From: Calditrichia bacterium
Lineage (GTDB): Bacteria; Calditrichota; Calditrichia; JAJRVZ01
Reading direction: 5' to 3'
Assembly: GCA_963796965.1 (NCBI GenBank)
Contig: CAWCNS010000004.1
Location: 704,001-768,000 of the forward strand
Length of the DNA: 64,000 nucleotides
A program made the translations under genes and the position numbers. The stretch's first letter is position 1. Every line of letters starts with the position of its first letter. The notes beneath the pieces were generated by a model, which searched no databases, had not been told where the DNA came from, and saw only the letters and a program-made list of their open reading frames with translations. Shown here piece by piece: positions 10,171 to 21,220 of the stretch.

Positions 10171-10986
10171 ATGGAAGGGACAGGAATAAAACGTATCATG
10201 ATTTTTGACTGGAAAATCCAATATATATTCAAAAATATTATGATTGTTTTCCCAATGATTTTGTTTTTGCTTTATACTGGCGGGTGCTCAAAATCAACGT
10301 CATCAGGAAAAAATTATTATAGCGAGACCTCAGGTAATCAACCCAGAAGAGCAAAACAAATTCCCGAATATCGTCTTGGTTTTGGTGATGAAGTTGAGGT
10401 TAAATTTTTCAATAATGAAATATTTAATGAACGGGTGTCTGTGCGTCCCGATGGGCGGATAACCCTGGAACGCGTGGGCGATCTCTATGTCACCGGTATG
10501 ACGCCATCAGAACTTGATAGTTTGGTAACTGTAACCTATGCAGATATCATACGTGATCCTGAGGTCACTGTTTTCGTTCGCAAGTTTGGCAGTTATCAAA
10601 CCTATGTCCTGGGTGAGGTTTACAATCCCGGCGGTTATCCGGTTGAAAGAAATATGACGGTGATGCAGGCCTTAGCGGTAGCCGGAGGATTCAAATTCTC
10701 TGCTGCTATGGGTAGCATTATTATTCTCCGTCAGGATGAAAATGCGGAGGTTCATGCGCTCAAGGTAGATGTAAACGCTTATTTAGCAGGAGAACCTCTT
10801 ACGGTCTATTTTAAAGAGCAAGAAATTGAAATAGAGATGAATGAATTCTTTATCAAACCCTTGGATTTAATATATGTACCTAAAACACCTATTGCTAATG
10901 TCGTCGCTTTTCTGGAACAGGTTTATGCCGGATTGTTACCCCCAATCGATGTGTATTTACGGGCATTACTCTGGTCACGGTATTAA
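10171..10986 (+). CDS. wza: Wza-like polysaccharide export lipoprotein
   Basis: Lipobox GGC, YRLGFGDEV, VRPDGRITL, SLBB domain (VLGEVYNPG, ALAVAGG), DLIYVP. Confidence 0.85.
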   Translation: MEGTGIKRIMIFDWKIQYIFKNIMIVFPMILFLLYTGGCSKSTSSGKNYYSETSGNQPRRAKQIPEYRLGFGDEVEVKFFNNEIFNERVSVRPDGRITLERVGDLYVTGMTPSELDSLVTVTYADIIRDPEVTVFVRKFGSYQTYVLGEVYNPGGYPVERNMTVMQALAVAGGFKFSAAMGSIIILRQDENAEVHALKVDVNAYLAGEPLTVYFKEQEIEIEMNEFFIKPLDLIYVPKTPIANVVAFLEQVYAGLLPPIDVYLRALLWSRY

Positions 10987-11058
10987 GCCTGGAAAAGGAA
11001 AAAGGTAAAAGGTAAAGGGAAGAGTAAGTAAAAAGTAAAAAGGCAAAATAAAATAAAA

Positions 11059-11098
11059 TCTTTGTGTACTTAGTGCCTACTTTGTGACCTTTGTGTTT
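11059..11098. repeat. Solo right arm of the GxxExxY-type element
   Basis: Reverse complement matches 231-270 at 35/40. Confidence 0.8.
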
Positions 11099-11374
11099 AG
11101 TCTTTGTATGAATTATTGCATCACGGATAGATGTTGTTTTGGTATGGGTTGTCAGTATTTGTAACTGACCTGGCGAAGCCGTGCCTGGAGCGTTGAGCGT
11201 AGAGGGTGGAGAGTAGAAGAGCGAAAAGAGAAAGGTTGAGTGTAGAGAGTAAGGAGTTAATAGGTCCTTTCTACATTTGATGTTGAATATATGTGTTCCT
11301 GCTTTCTGCATTCTGCTTACTGCTTTCTCTAATCTTTCAGAATAATTCGTGAAATTCGTGGATAAAGGAAATTT

Positions 11375-12856
11375 ATGGACGAACAGACAAACATACACTA
11401 TGACAATACCCCACCGGCGTCGCTAAGAAATTTTCTGAATGTACTCTTTCGGCGCAAACGAATTATTCTCACATTTTTTATAATCGTCGTGGTGGTTGTT
11501 ACGGCGGGCAGTTTCCTGATGCCCCATATCTATCAATCCGAATCAAAATTATTAATTGAAAAAGAAGCCGATCCGGAAAAAGCGATGTTATTTAGGATGA
11601 ATGTTTCCCAGGGATATAACAATTACGATTTTATTAACAGCGAGATTGAAATTCTTAGCAGTTATCCGATTGCTGCCCGGGTGGTTAAACAATTCCAATC
11701 CCGCTTAAGTGAAGATGAAGAAGAAGAACTGACAGAAAAAGAAAAAAATGATCACTTTGAAAAAACGATAACCGAATTCCAGAAAAAAATTGAGATCGAA
11801 AATCCGAAGAACAGCAATATATTAATCGTGCGTTATGAAAATAAAGACGCCGCTCTGGCCGCAGAAATTGCCAATTATTTTGTTGAGTACCTATGTCACT
11901 TTCCGTTCGGAGATATCATCAGAGTCGGATACCTACCAGTTTTTTGAAGAGCAGATGAATTTGGCTGACCAAAAATTGGGTGATCTGGAGCAGCGTCAGG
12001 CAGCATTTAAGGGGAAGAAGGAAGGTGGGATCCCGGAAGCCCAGCGGACAATCCTGATGACCCGCGTGGCGGATTATGAGAAAAGTCTGACCACTGTTCA
12101 GACCACCCGTATCGGTAAGGAGGCTAAGTTAGCCGTGATTGAGGAGCAATTCCGAGAGCGGCGGTACACTTAATATTCCCTCGACGGAAAGCAGTGACAG
12201 CCCCAGCCGGGAAAAATATATCGCCAAATTAAAAGGCGAATTGTTGGACATGGAGATCAGAAAAGAAAAATTGCTGCAAAAATTTACGCCCCAGTATAAA
12301 GGCGTACAAGGATCTGGAACAAGAGATAATCGCAACCCGCTTAAAGATTAAAAATGAGATTGAACAAATCGTACAAATGGAAGGGGCGGCGATTAAAGCA
12401 TTAAGTGCAGAAGAACAGGTGCTTAAGACACAGATTGAAAAGATAAGAAATCAAATTCGCGGCCTGGCCCAAAATGAATATGAATATAATCAAATCAGCC
12501 GCGGTATCGATGAGAAACGGGAAATATATTCCATGCTTCTAAAGCAGCGGGAAGAAGCACGTTTATCCCTGGCAAAACTGAAAATGGGGGTAAAAATAAA
12601 AATAATCAGCCCGGCCATTATGCCCACAGAACCGATTAAACCGAAGAAAAAGTTAAATGTTATACTGGCCGTTTTTCTGGGGATCTTTGGCGGTTTAGGT
12701 TTGGCCTTTTTTGTCGAATACTTTGATCATACCATCAATACACCCGACGATCTGGAAAAATTTGCCGGTATACCCTCGTTGGGTTCCGTGCGGGAAATTG
12801 AGATCCCATTTGCAGATAATGGCCGTGGTACCCAGGCCCGCCGGATATTGAATTAA
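11375..12856 (+). CDS. GumC/Wzc-N polysaccharide co-polymerase, read across about 3 frameshifts (4 ORF pieces)
   Basis: Wzz N-terminal TM plus YQSESKLLI, coiled coils, C-terminal IISPAIMPTEPIKPKKKLN plus TM plus DHTINTPDDLE. Confidence 0.8.
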
Positions 12857-12869
12857 ACTGTAGTTTTTT

Positions 12870-12909
12870 AAACACAAAAGGGCACTAAGAAGGCACAAAG
12901 GACACAATG
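12870..12909. repeat. Solo left arm of the GxxExxY-type element
   Basis: aaacacaaaagggcactaagaaggcacaaaggacacaatg; same four-unit architecture as 231-270. Confidence 0.7.
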
Positions 12910-12981
12910 GGAATAGGAGGGATAGGGTATAAGGTATAAGGGAAGAGAACATTTGCATTTTTCCTAATTCCAAATTATTTT

Positions 12982-13085
<104 letters not shown>

Positions 13086-13119
13086 TCATTAACATTTATT
13101 TAATAATCGCAGGCATACA

Positions 13120-14241
13120 ATGTACTTTAACTATTATGGTCTAAAGGAAAAGCCCTTTTCACTCTCGGCGGATCCCCGTTATCTCTATTACAGCCGCAGT
13201 CATAAGGAAGCTTTGGCGCAGATGATTTATGCCGCTTCAGAAGATGCCGGATTTCTGATCCTTACAGGAGAAGTTGGTACGGGTAAGACAATTATGATCA
13301 ACGCCTTGATCGATCGCCTGCCAAAGGAATATCGCGTAGCAAAAATCTACCATTCCGCTCTCAGCCCAAAGGGGTTAATAGAAAACATCTGCAAAGAATT
13401 TAACATCGACTTTTCTAATTCTTCCATATCGCAACTGGTTTTAAAAATTCAGGATTTCCTAAAATGGACCCATACGTCCGGTGAACGTTCCATTCTGATC
13501 CTTGATGAGGCACAAAACCTGACCGCAGAAACACTTGAAGAAATCAGATTATTATCCAACTTTGAGGCCGCACATAAAAAGGTAATGCAGATATTCCTTA
13601 TTGGACAACCAGAGTTAGAAGAGAAACTGTGGAGCAATGATCTGCGCCAACTACGGGAGCGGATAAGTCTAAAGTATCGCTTACAAAAGCTGGACCGGGG
13701 TGAAACCTCACAATATATTGCCAAGCGTCTGGCCGTTGCCGGGCATGCAAATGGCAAGGCCATCTTTACAAAGGAAGCGGTCGATACCATTTATCGATTA
13801 TCGGGCGGAATACCGAGGAGAATTAATATTCTATGCGAGAATGCGCTGTTAACCGGATATGCCGAGAATTATAAATTGATCTATGAACGGGTGATCAGGA
13901 AAGTTGGTGCTTATAGTCAGCATGAAAAAAGCCCCTCCGAACTCATCGAAAAAAATCCAATTGTCGCTGAAGCCAATGGCATCCCTGTAAAAAAACCGTC
14001 AGGATCTGCCACGATTTCTCCGGATATAACATTAGGAAGACCTTCTAACGGCAATGGTACGTTTGATTACGGTAACTTTCGAAAATATATGTCCCAATTC
14101 TTAAGTGACAATCAACTATCGCTTAAGAAAAAACCAAGTTCCGGCAAGGTGATATCTTCTATAATTTTTGGATTTATCCTACTGGTCCTGGCATTTCTGA
14201 CAGCCATTTATGCCGCCATCCAACTGGGGATTATAAATTGA
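13120..14241 (+). CDS. ExeA-like AAA ATPase (type found in EPS/PEP-CTERM loci)
   Basis: [47 protein letters not shown]-terminal TM. Confidence 0.9.
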   Translation: MYFNYYGLKEKPFSLSADPRYLYYSRSHKEALAQMIYAASEDAGFLILTGEVGTGKTIMINALIDRLPKEYRVAKIYHSALSPKGLIENICKEFNIDFSNSSISQLVLKIQDFLKWTHTSGERSILILDEAQNLTAETLEEIRLLSNFEAAHKKVMQIFLIGQPELEEKLWSNDLRQLRERISLKYRLQKLDRGETSQYIAKRLAVAGHANGKAIFTKEAVDTIYRLSGGIPRRINILCENALLTGYAENYKLIYERVIRKVGAYSQHEKSPSELIEKNPIVAEANGIPVKKPSGSATISPDITLGRPSNGNGTFDYGNFRKYMSQFLSDNQLSLKKKPSSGKVISSIIFGFILLVLAFLTAIYAAIQLGIIN

Positions 14242-14265
14242 AACTTAGATTTCTTTATCATGAAT

Positions 14266-14460
14266 TCCACGAATTGGTCCACGAATTACACTAATTATTA
14301 CGAATTTCACGAAATTCAAAGATTAAGATTTATATTTATAAGTAAATCAGATTTTCTGAATTCTTTTTCGAATTATATATTTGTTTATATATAATAAATC
14401 TAATCAAATAAATTTGTGAAATTCGTATGAATTAGTGTAATTCGTGGACCAATTCGTGGA
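14266..14460. repeat. Gene-less inverted-arm element (CACGAATT subfamily)
   Basis: 14266-14310 matches the reverse complement of 14416-14460 at 43/45; AT-rich ~100-bp spacer. Confidence 0.9.
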
Positions 14461-14478
14461 TAAAAAAAGGGTGCTTGA

Positions 14479-15300
14479 ATGGAGACTTTTCAGAAAGTCC
14501 TGAAAAAAGCGCGGGATGATGGTCAGATTGATCCCAGAATTTTAACTGTCTCTGAGACCTCTACCCATTTTCATGGCCAGCAATTGCAATTGCCACCGCA
14601 ACTTCTGGTTCTTCCAGAACCGGTCATTCGTGATCTGCAAAAAATTACTGAGAACATCCGCCAAACAGCCGAATCAAGGCAAATGCAGATTATCGGTTTT
14701 GCCAGCGCCATACCGGGGCAGGGTACTTCAACCGTGACGGCTTTATTATCTCTGCTCATGGCCGCCCGTGAGAAAATGAACTACGACCAGCTGCAATCTA
14801 AATCAACCCCCAAAGATAAACAGGAACGACAGTTAGGATTGTTATTGATTGATGGTCAGATACGCCATCCTTCACTCCATCACAAAATGGGATTGGATAA
14901 ACGCGGTGGTTTAATTGATATCCTGGAAAATGAAATTCCGGGAAGCAAGGCGGTTAAAAATGTGCCCCATTCCCCCTTAAGAATGGTCACGGCGGGAACA
15001 AATAATAATTTCCAGTTATCTCAAAGCCATCTGCAACGTTTATCCCATCTGTTAGAAAACGCAAAAAAACAGGTAGGATTTATTTTTGTTGATATACCAC
15101 CCTTACTCACTTACTCAGAAGGCACTTCCTTAAGCCGTTTATGTGATGGGGTGATCCTGGTGGTTCAGGCCGGTGAAACCCGCTGGGAGGTCATCCAGGA
15201 AGCGAGGCGATTGCTGGAGCGGACCGGGGTAAATCTCTTAGGTGGGGTACTAAATCGCAGAGAGTATCTTATTCCCTCCTGGGCCTATAAGAATATTTAA
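14479..15300 (+). CDS. CpsD/CapB-family BY-kinase homolog with degenerate Walker motifs
   Basis: SAIPGQGTST, LLIDGQIRHP, FVDIPP, CDGVILVV, GGVLNR. Confidence 0.85.
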   Translation: METFQKVLKKARDDGQIDPRILTVSETSTHFHGQQLQLPPQLLVLPEPVIRDLQKITENIRQTAESRQMQIIGFASAIPGQGTSTVTALLSLLMAAREKMNYDQLQSKSTPKDKQERQLGLLLIDGQIRHPSLHHKMGLDKRGGLIDILENEIPGSKAVKNVPHSPLRMVTAGTNNNFQLSQSHLQRLSHLLENAKKQVGFIFVDIPPLLTYSEGTSLSRLCDGVILVVQAGETRWEVIQEARRLLERTGVNLLGGVLNRREYLIPSWAYKNI

Positions 15301-15316
15301 TAGGGGAAGTTTTTTT

Positions 15317-15474
15317 ACCGCAAGGACGCAAGGAAGGCGCAAAGTACGCAAAGTTTATTTTATAAATTTTTTAAAGATAGATTTAGGTTAGTATTAAATA
15401 TGTATCATAAATTAAAATCCAAAAATAAATAGAAAATCCTTGCGTTCTTTGCGCCTTCCTTGCGTCTTTGCGGT
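15317..15474. repeat. Gene-less inverted-arm element (CGCAAAG subfamily)
   Basis: 15317-15353 matches the reverse complement of 15438-15474 at 34/37; AT-rich spacer. Confidence 0.9.
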
Positions 15475-15507
15475 TAAATAATTCTTGAAATTAGTAGAAA
15501 ATTTCTT

Positions 15508-16945
15508 ATGAACCAATTACGTCGTCAAATATTGCTAAAAGCATTCAAATTTTGTGATGTGGGTATCATGATGGGTGCCTTTGCCTTTGCTACCATTGCC
15601 ACCCATTTCCAGAAAAATCATATTCCTTTTGATGAATTTCTTTCCATGCGCATAAAGGTTCAGAATATTTTATTAGTTTTAGGGTTGGTTTTGATCTGGT
15701 ACACGATATTCAACCTGTTCAAATTATATAACTCAAAACGTTTATCAGGCCGCCTTAGTGAAGTTACAGATATTATTAAAGCCACATTGACAGGAACGTT
15801 TACAATAATGCTGATTTCAATATTATTTGAGATTGAGATGATTACGCCGATATTTTTAATTGTATTCCTGTCTGCGGTCAGTTTTTTTACTATTGCCAGC
15901 CGCTTATCACTCCGTTTTATTTTGGGTCAAATCAGGGCGCGGGGAAGAAACCTGCGCCATATGCTAATCGCTGGTACCAATGAACGGGCAATAAATTTTG
16001 CTCATAAGATCGAGTCCGATCCAGCCTTAGGCTATCAGATTGTAGGATTTGCTGATGATGACTGGGCGGGCTTAAAAGACTTTGGCAAGACAGGATATTC
16101 CTTTGTCACGGATTTAAAAAATTTTTCACCCTATATCAGAGAGCATGTGGTTGATGAAGTAGCGATCAACCTGCCGATGAGATCCTATTATAAACATGCG
16201 GCGGAGATTGCTGCGCTTTGTGAGGAGCAGGGAATTGTAGTGCGGCAATTTTCCGATATTTTCTCCCTGAAAAACGGACATTCCCATTTCGAGACACTCG
16301 AAGAAGATCAGGTGATGACCATTTCTACCGGGGCGATGGTTGGTTGGCAATTAGGGGTTAAACGGCTGCTCGATTTAGTGGTATCGGCTGTCTTATTTAT
16401 TGTTACCTTACCGATATTGTTGATCACAGCCATCATGGTCAAACTAACATCAAACGGTCCGGTATTTTTTTTCCAGGAGAGGGTAGGGCTAAATAAACGG
16501 ATATTTAAGATGTACAAATTCCGTACGATGTGCGCCGATGCAGAAGAAAAACAGGAAGATCTGGAGTCTCTAAATGAGGCGAGCGGTCCGGTATTTAAAA
16601 TAAAAAATGATCCGCGTATTACGGTATTGGCAAATTCCTGCGGAAAACCAGTATTGATGAACTGCCGCAGTTGATAAATATTTTAAAGGGGGAAATGAGC
16701 CTGGTCGGACCGCGGCCGCTGCCCCTGCGCGATTATAAAGGATTTACCGAGGATTGGCACCGGCGCCGGGTTAGTGTTAAACCGGGGGTACCTGTTTGTG
16801 GCAGATAAATGGTAGAAGTGATGTTTCATTTGAGAAATGGATGGAATTGGATATTAAATATATTGATAACTGGTCGTTCGGATTCGATATTAAAATTTTA
16901 CTAAAAACAATACCAATAGTACTGAAAGGTTCTGGAGCAGTTTAA
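15508..16945 (+). CDS. Priming polyprenyl-phosphate sugar phosphotransferase (WcaJ-like), frameshifted near 16628 and 16790
   Basis: [28 protein letters not shown]; shifted frame continues [21 protein letters not shown] to the stop at 16945. Confidence 0.85.
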
Positions 16946-16949
16946 ATAT

Positions 16950-17168
16950 ATGAAAAATTCTAATATGTATATTTTAGGTATCTCAGCATTCTATCATGAT
17001 AGTGCAGCCTGCTTAATAAGAGACGGCGAAATAATAGCCGCTGCCCAGGAAGAGCGTTTTACAAGGAAAAAACATGATTTTAGTTTTCCATTGAATGCTA
17101 AAAACCCTTGCCATATTGTACAAATGTCTAGAATTCTTCATAGTATGGCAGATCAATGGCTAAAATAG
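16950..17168 (+). pseudogene. N-terminal stub of a NodU/CmcH carbamoyltransferase
   Basis: ILGISAFYHDSAACLIRDGEIIAAAQEERFTRKKHD; family similarity ends after about 50 aa. Confidence 0.8.
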
Positions 17169-18506
17169 CCAGACACAGTTTTTTTATACTTTTGGCACGA
17201 TTATTAGAGGCCGTAGCAGCAATGGTTAATAGCATTATTCTTGCACGCATGTTGGGACCTGATGGCCGAGGGAGATATGCACTGATTCTCGCGATTGTGA
17301 TACTCCTTTCAGTCCTGGGAACGTTAGGTATAACTGAAAGTAATGTTTATCTGATAAACAAAAAAAGATACTCTGCCCACAACTTTATATCAAATTCCAT
17401 ATACTTTGCTTTTTGTTCTTCAGTTCTGTGGTTCGCAGTATTTATTCTTTTTTATAAACTGATAGGCTATCGGATGCTGCCAACCTTGACCTTGAGTGAG
17501 ATACTGTTGCCCCTGACCATCTTACCCTTTTACTTGCTGTTTGTATATCTTCAAAACATACTTTTGGGAATAGGAGCAATCTATAGGTTTATAAGTACGA
17601 ATATCTTTTTAGCTGTATCTCCTTTATTATTTCTGATGATCTTTTTATTGGATTTCAGATTGACACTTAGGGAGGCTATCTATGCATATATGCTGTCATA
17701 TATGAGTGCGTGTTCTTACACTTTCTGGTGTTGTATTAAAGAAGAAGGAAGTTTTAAGTTTTCGCCAAATGCCTCATTGGCAAAGGAATCTTTGATCTAT
17801 GGGTTGAAGACCAATATCGGAACTATTCTTCAGATAGCTCGGGATCGACTAGAGACTATTATCCTAGGGTATTTTATGATGAATTCCGCTGTTGGCTATT
17901 ATAATGTTGCTACCGGTTTATCAGACAGACTGAAAATGTTACCAAAGACAGTTTCTTATCTCTTATTTGCAGAGGTATCAAAGTCTGATCATGAATCAGG
18001 GGATATATTGACAGCGAAGTTTACACGGAACATATTGTGGATCATGTCTCCACTCATTGGTATCCTCATCATATTTTCAAAATATATCGTTCTTATTCTC
18101 TATGGCCGGGAATTTCTGCCGGCTCATGTCCCAATGTCAATTTTGTTTGGATCAACACTACTATCCGCATTTACATTTTTCCTTGGCAAACTATTTCTTG
18201 GACAGGGGCGCCCTAGAGTATACCTGTTTGCTGGCGCAGCGGCTCTGGTGACAACGATCGGACTGGACGTGTTGTTGATTCCCCTTTACGGACTCGTAGG
18301 GGCTGCAATTGCAAATACATCCGGGTCTAGCAGCTATGGCTTATTTATATCTTCATATCCACAAAAGGAATTCATCTAATTCTCTCAGCAGTTTTTTATT
18401 TCTCAACAAAGATGATTTGCAACTTTATATGGATGTATGGAGCAAGGCAAGAAGTAACACTTCCTTACAATTTAAGCGAATTAGAAATCATATATTCAAA
18501 AAATGA
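17156..18506 (+). CDS. wzx: Wzx flippase (frameshift near 18320)
   Basis: LARMLGPDGRGRY, multiple TM helices, AVGYYNVA, LIPLYGLVGAAIA. Confidence 0.85.
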
Positions 18507-18509
18507 GAT

Positions 18510-19838
18510 ATGGATAGTAAACGAAATTACTTGGAACAGTTCGGTGACCTCCTCGGGGCAGTATTTCTCAGTCCGCTCAAAGGTTTCTACTTTCTAATAG
18601 ATCAAACATGGGTCGTGTTTCTCTTGGCCCTCTCACTCTGTATCTTCCGCCATCCCGATGTAGCAGTCTTTCCTATAGACAGGATTGTATTTGCACTACT
18701 TATTTTGTTGGTAGTGACATCCAGGCTAATGCGGCCGAGACTGTTGTCTATTAAGGAACCCATCATATTGCCAATGATCGCTTTGACTATTATTGCGACA
18801 TTCAGCGCCATACAGGTCCCATACAAGGCTCAGACATGGAGTATCCTCGCAAATACATTTGTCGTACCATTCGCGATGTTTTTCCTGTCCAAAGCGGTAT
18901 TTAGTACTAAGAAAGCGATAAAGCATTTTTTCAGATTCTGTGTAATTGTTACAGCATATCTCACTTTTATCGCCATTGCCTCTTTGTTGGATGCCCAGGC
19001 CCTTATATTCCCAAGATACATCCTGAACCCATCTGTAGGACTTTTGGAACACATGGGTCGAGCCCGTGGGCCCTTTCTCAACGCTGTTGCAAATGGATCT
19101 GCCATCACAATGCTCGGACTTGTTCTGTTGCATTGGTACATGAAAATGAGAAGAGGTTTTTTACGAACCATCCTCTTGTCAATTCTTATTGCCCTGCCTT
19201 TCGGCATATTTGCGACGATGACCAGAGGTGTCTGGGTATCAGGTCTTTTTGCCGTAATCTTCTTTTTTGTGAGTACCAAATATACTAATATAAGGAAGGC
19301 TGGTATAATATGGCTCGTGTTTGCATTTTTTGGTATATGGGCGCTAACTACCTCAACAAGTATTATAGGGTTAATGTCCGAAAGACTTCATGATCAACAT
19401 AATATAAATTTCCGCCTCGATATTTATCGTGCTGCTTTCGATATGTTTAAAGAGAAGCCCATCTTGGGATGGGGAGCAAATGTGGCGCCATTTATAGTGG
19501 ATCATTACCTGCAGGGATATAGTGGCGATGTGTGGCTTCATAATACATACCTGGATGTTCTAGTTGGTCAGGGTATTGTTGGGTTCCTCCTGTATGCATC
19601 TATAATTGTATATCTTTTTGGCATAGGCAGGCGCATTTCTTGCTCCATCGGCGAAAAAGATGCGAACATGATCGATCGTGGATTTGTCTTGGTATTTCGC
19701 AATATACTTTGTGTTTACCTCATTAATAGTTTTTTTGTTGTCATGCTCTATCAATTTACGAATGCTTTGGTATTTACAATAGCAGGCATTATTTCTGCAA
19801 GAGAAGTAGAGTTGGTCAGCAGCCCCGTAGCAAAGTGA
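18510..19838 (+). CDS. O-antigen ligase / Wzy polymerase family protein
   Basis: RARGPFLNA, TMTRGVW, FKEKPILGWG, HNTYL; many TM helices. Confidence 0.85.
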   Translation: MDSKRNYLEQFGDLLGAVFLSPLKGFYFLIDQTWVVFLLALSLCIFRHPDVAVFPIDRIVFALLILLVVTSRLMRPRLLSIKEPIILPMIALTIIATFSAIQVPYKAQTWSILANTFVVPFAMFFLSKAVFSTKKAIKHFFRFCVIVTAYLTFIAIASLLDAQALIFPRYILNPSVGLLEHMGRARGPFLNAVANGSAITMLGLVLLHWYMKMRRGFLRTILLSILIALPFGIFATMTRGVWVSGLFAVIFFFVSTKYTNIRKAGIIWLVFAFFGIWALTTSTSIIGLMSERLHDQHNINFRLDIYRAAFDMFKEKPILGWGANVAPFIVDHYLQGYSGDVWLHNTYLDVLVGQGIVGFLLYASIIVYLFGIGRRISCSIGEKDANMIDRGFVLVFRNILCVYLINSFFVVMLYQFTNALVFTIAGIISAREVELVSSPVAK

Positions 19839-20124
19839 GGACAGGTGCCCACTTGAAGGCCTGTTTTGGGTAACCATTATACTTGGTCTATAGAGAGGCT
19901 CTCGAGAAGCATCAATTATGGGTAGGTGCGCGGTTTGAGCAACAGTCATTTCAGAGTGATGGCGATTTCTCCAAATTTCTTGAGTATTGTATTTTGATAC
20001 CGGCAGATGAATTGGTCCTGAATCGCTTGAGAGAATAACGACGAGTTCAATTGCCGCAATAACGGGCTACTATTTAAGCGGTTTTAATTGTTTCCTGGTC
20101 ATTTGATCTTGCGCCACCTTTCTT

Positions 20125-21064
20125 ATGCTGATTTATTATTTTGGCTCCCTTGAGGATAGTTCAGTTCAGATGGTCTATAGATTTTCCACAACAGGTGCAG
20201 GAGAAGCAGTGAGGAAATATACAAATTTAAGGATAGCAAGAAATTTCAGAGATATCAATGAAGCGCGCCCACTTAGATACCGGTTGCGCGCTCACGTAAG
20301 AGATATGATGATGGCCATTCTGTCTTTTCCTCCAAGAGCAGATTCCATAGGTTCGTGGATCAGATTTCCCTTCTATCATCATGTTTTTGATGATGAAAGG
20401 AAGGCTTTTGACCGCCAGTTGAAATATTTAAAAAATCGAGGAGATATTATCTCGCTGCACGATGCGATTAGTATCTTTGAAGGAAGAGAAAAAATCTCGG
20501 AACATTACTTTTGTATTACTTTTGATGATGGATTCAAAAACTGTCTGACGAATGCCCTACCAATATTAGTTGAGAACAATTGCCAAGCCACTTTCTTCGT
20601 AGCCACCGACTACATAGGGTGTGATCTTCACCAAGATCAGAAAATAGTTCAAAACTTCTTTCTTCGTAGTTCGTACCCTTCACAAATCTTAATCGAGTTT
20701 ATGGATTGGAATGACTGCAGGACATTGATTAATTCTGGAATGACATGCGGTGCGCACACATGCAGTCACGTACCGTTATCCATGTTGACGATTGAAGAGG
20801 CCACGCAAGAATTGATTATATCGAAACAAACGATTGAGAGGGAATTGGGCGTAGAATGCCTCTATTTTTCTTCTCCTTGGGGAATTCCTGGAAAGGATTT
20901 TGATATCCACATTCATCCTATTCTTAGCCAGAAAATTAGGATTCCATGCGTTTCTCACTACAGAAAGAGGTGCCAATTATGGCACAGCAGACCCGTTGAT
21001 GATTAAACGTGACTTTTTGTTTGCGAAGTGGCAGAATTTTCAACTTCGTTATCTTCTTGCATAA
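20125..21064 (+). CDS. Polysaccharide deacetylase (CE4), frameshift near 20935; start uncertain
   Basis: ITFDDGF, ATFFV, GAHTCSH, SPWG; shifted frame runs FLTTERG...LRYLLA to the stop at 21064. Confidence 0.85.
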
Positions 21065-21220
21065 TAATACTATAAAAAAGACGGCGTTGAAACTTTGTAT
21101 TAGAACTTTAATCAAGAAATTTGATGGTTCTAAATGATAGTGATAGTGCACTGCTGATGCTGGGAGTTGGATTTTCTCTAATAAGATTATCGATACCACT
21201 ATCCTAACTTTGGATTAGTA

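Noticed and set aside
10895..11398. 167-aa minus-strand ORF (similarly 39682-40014 and 50003-50287)
   Set aside because: These run through intergenic repeats and low-complexity tracts and show no protein motif.
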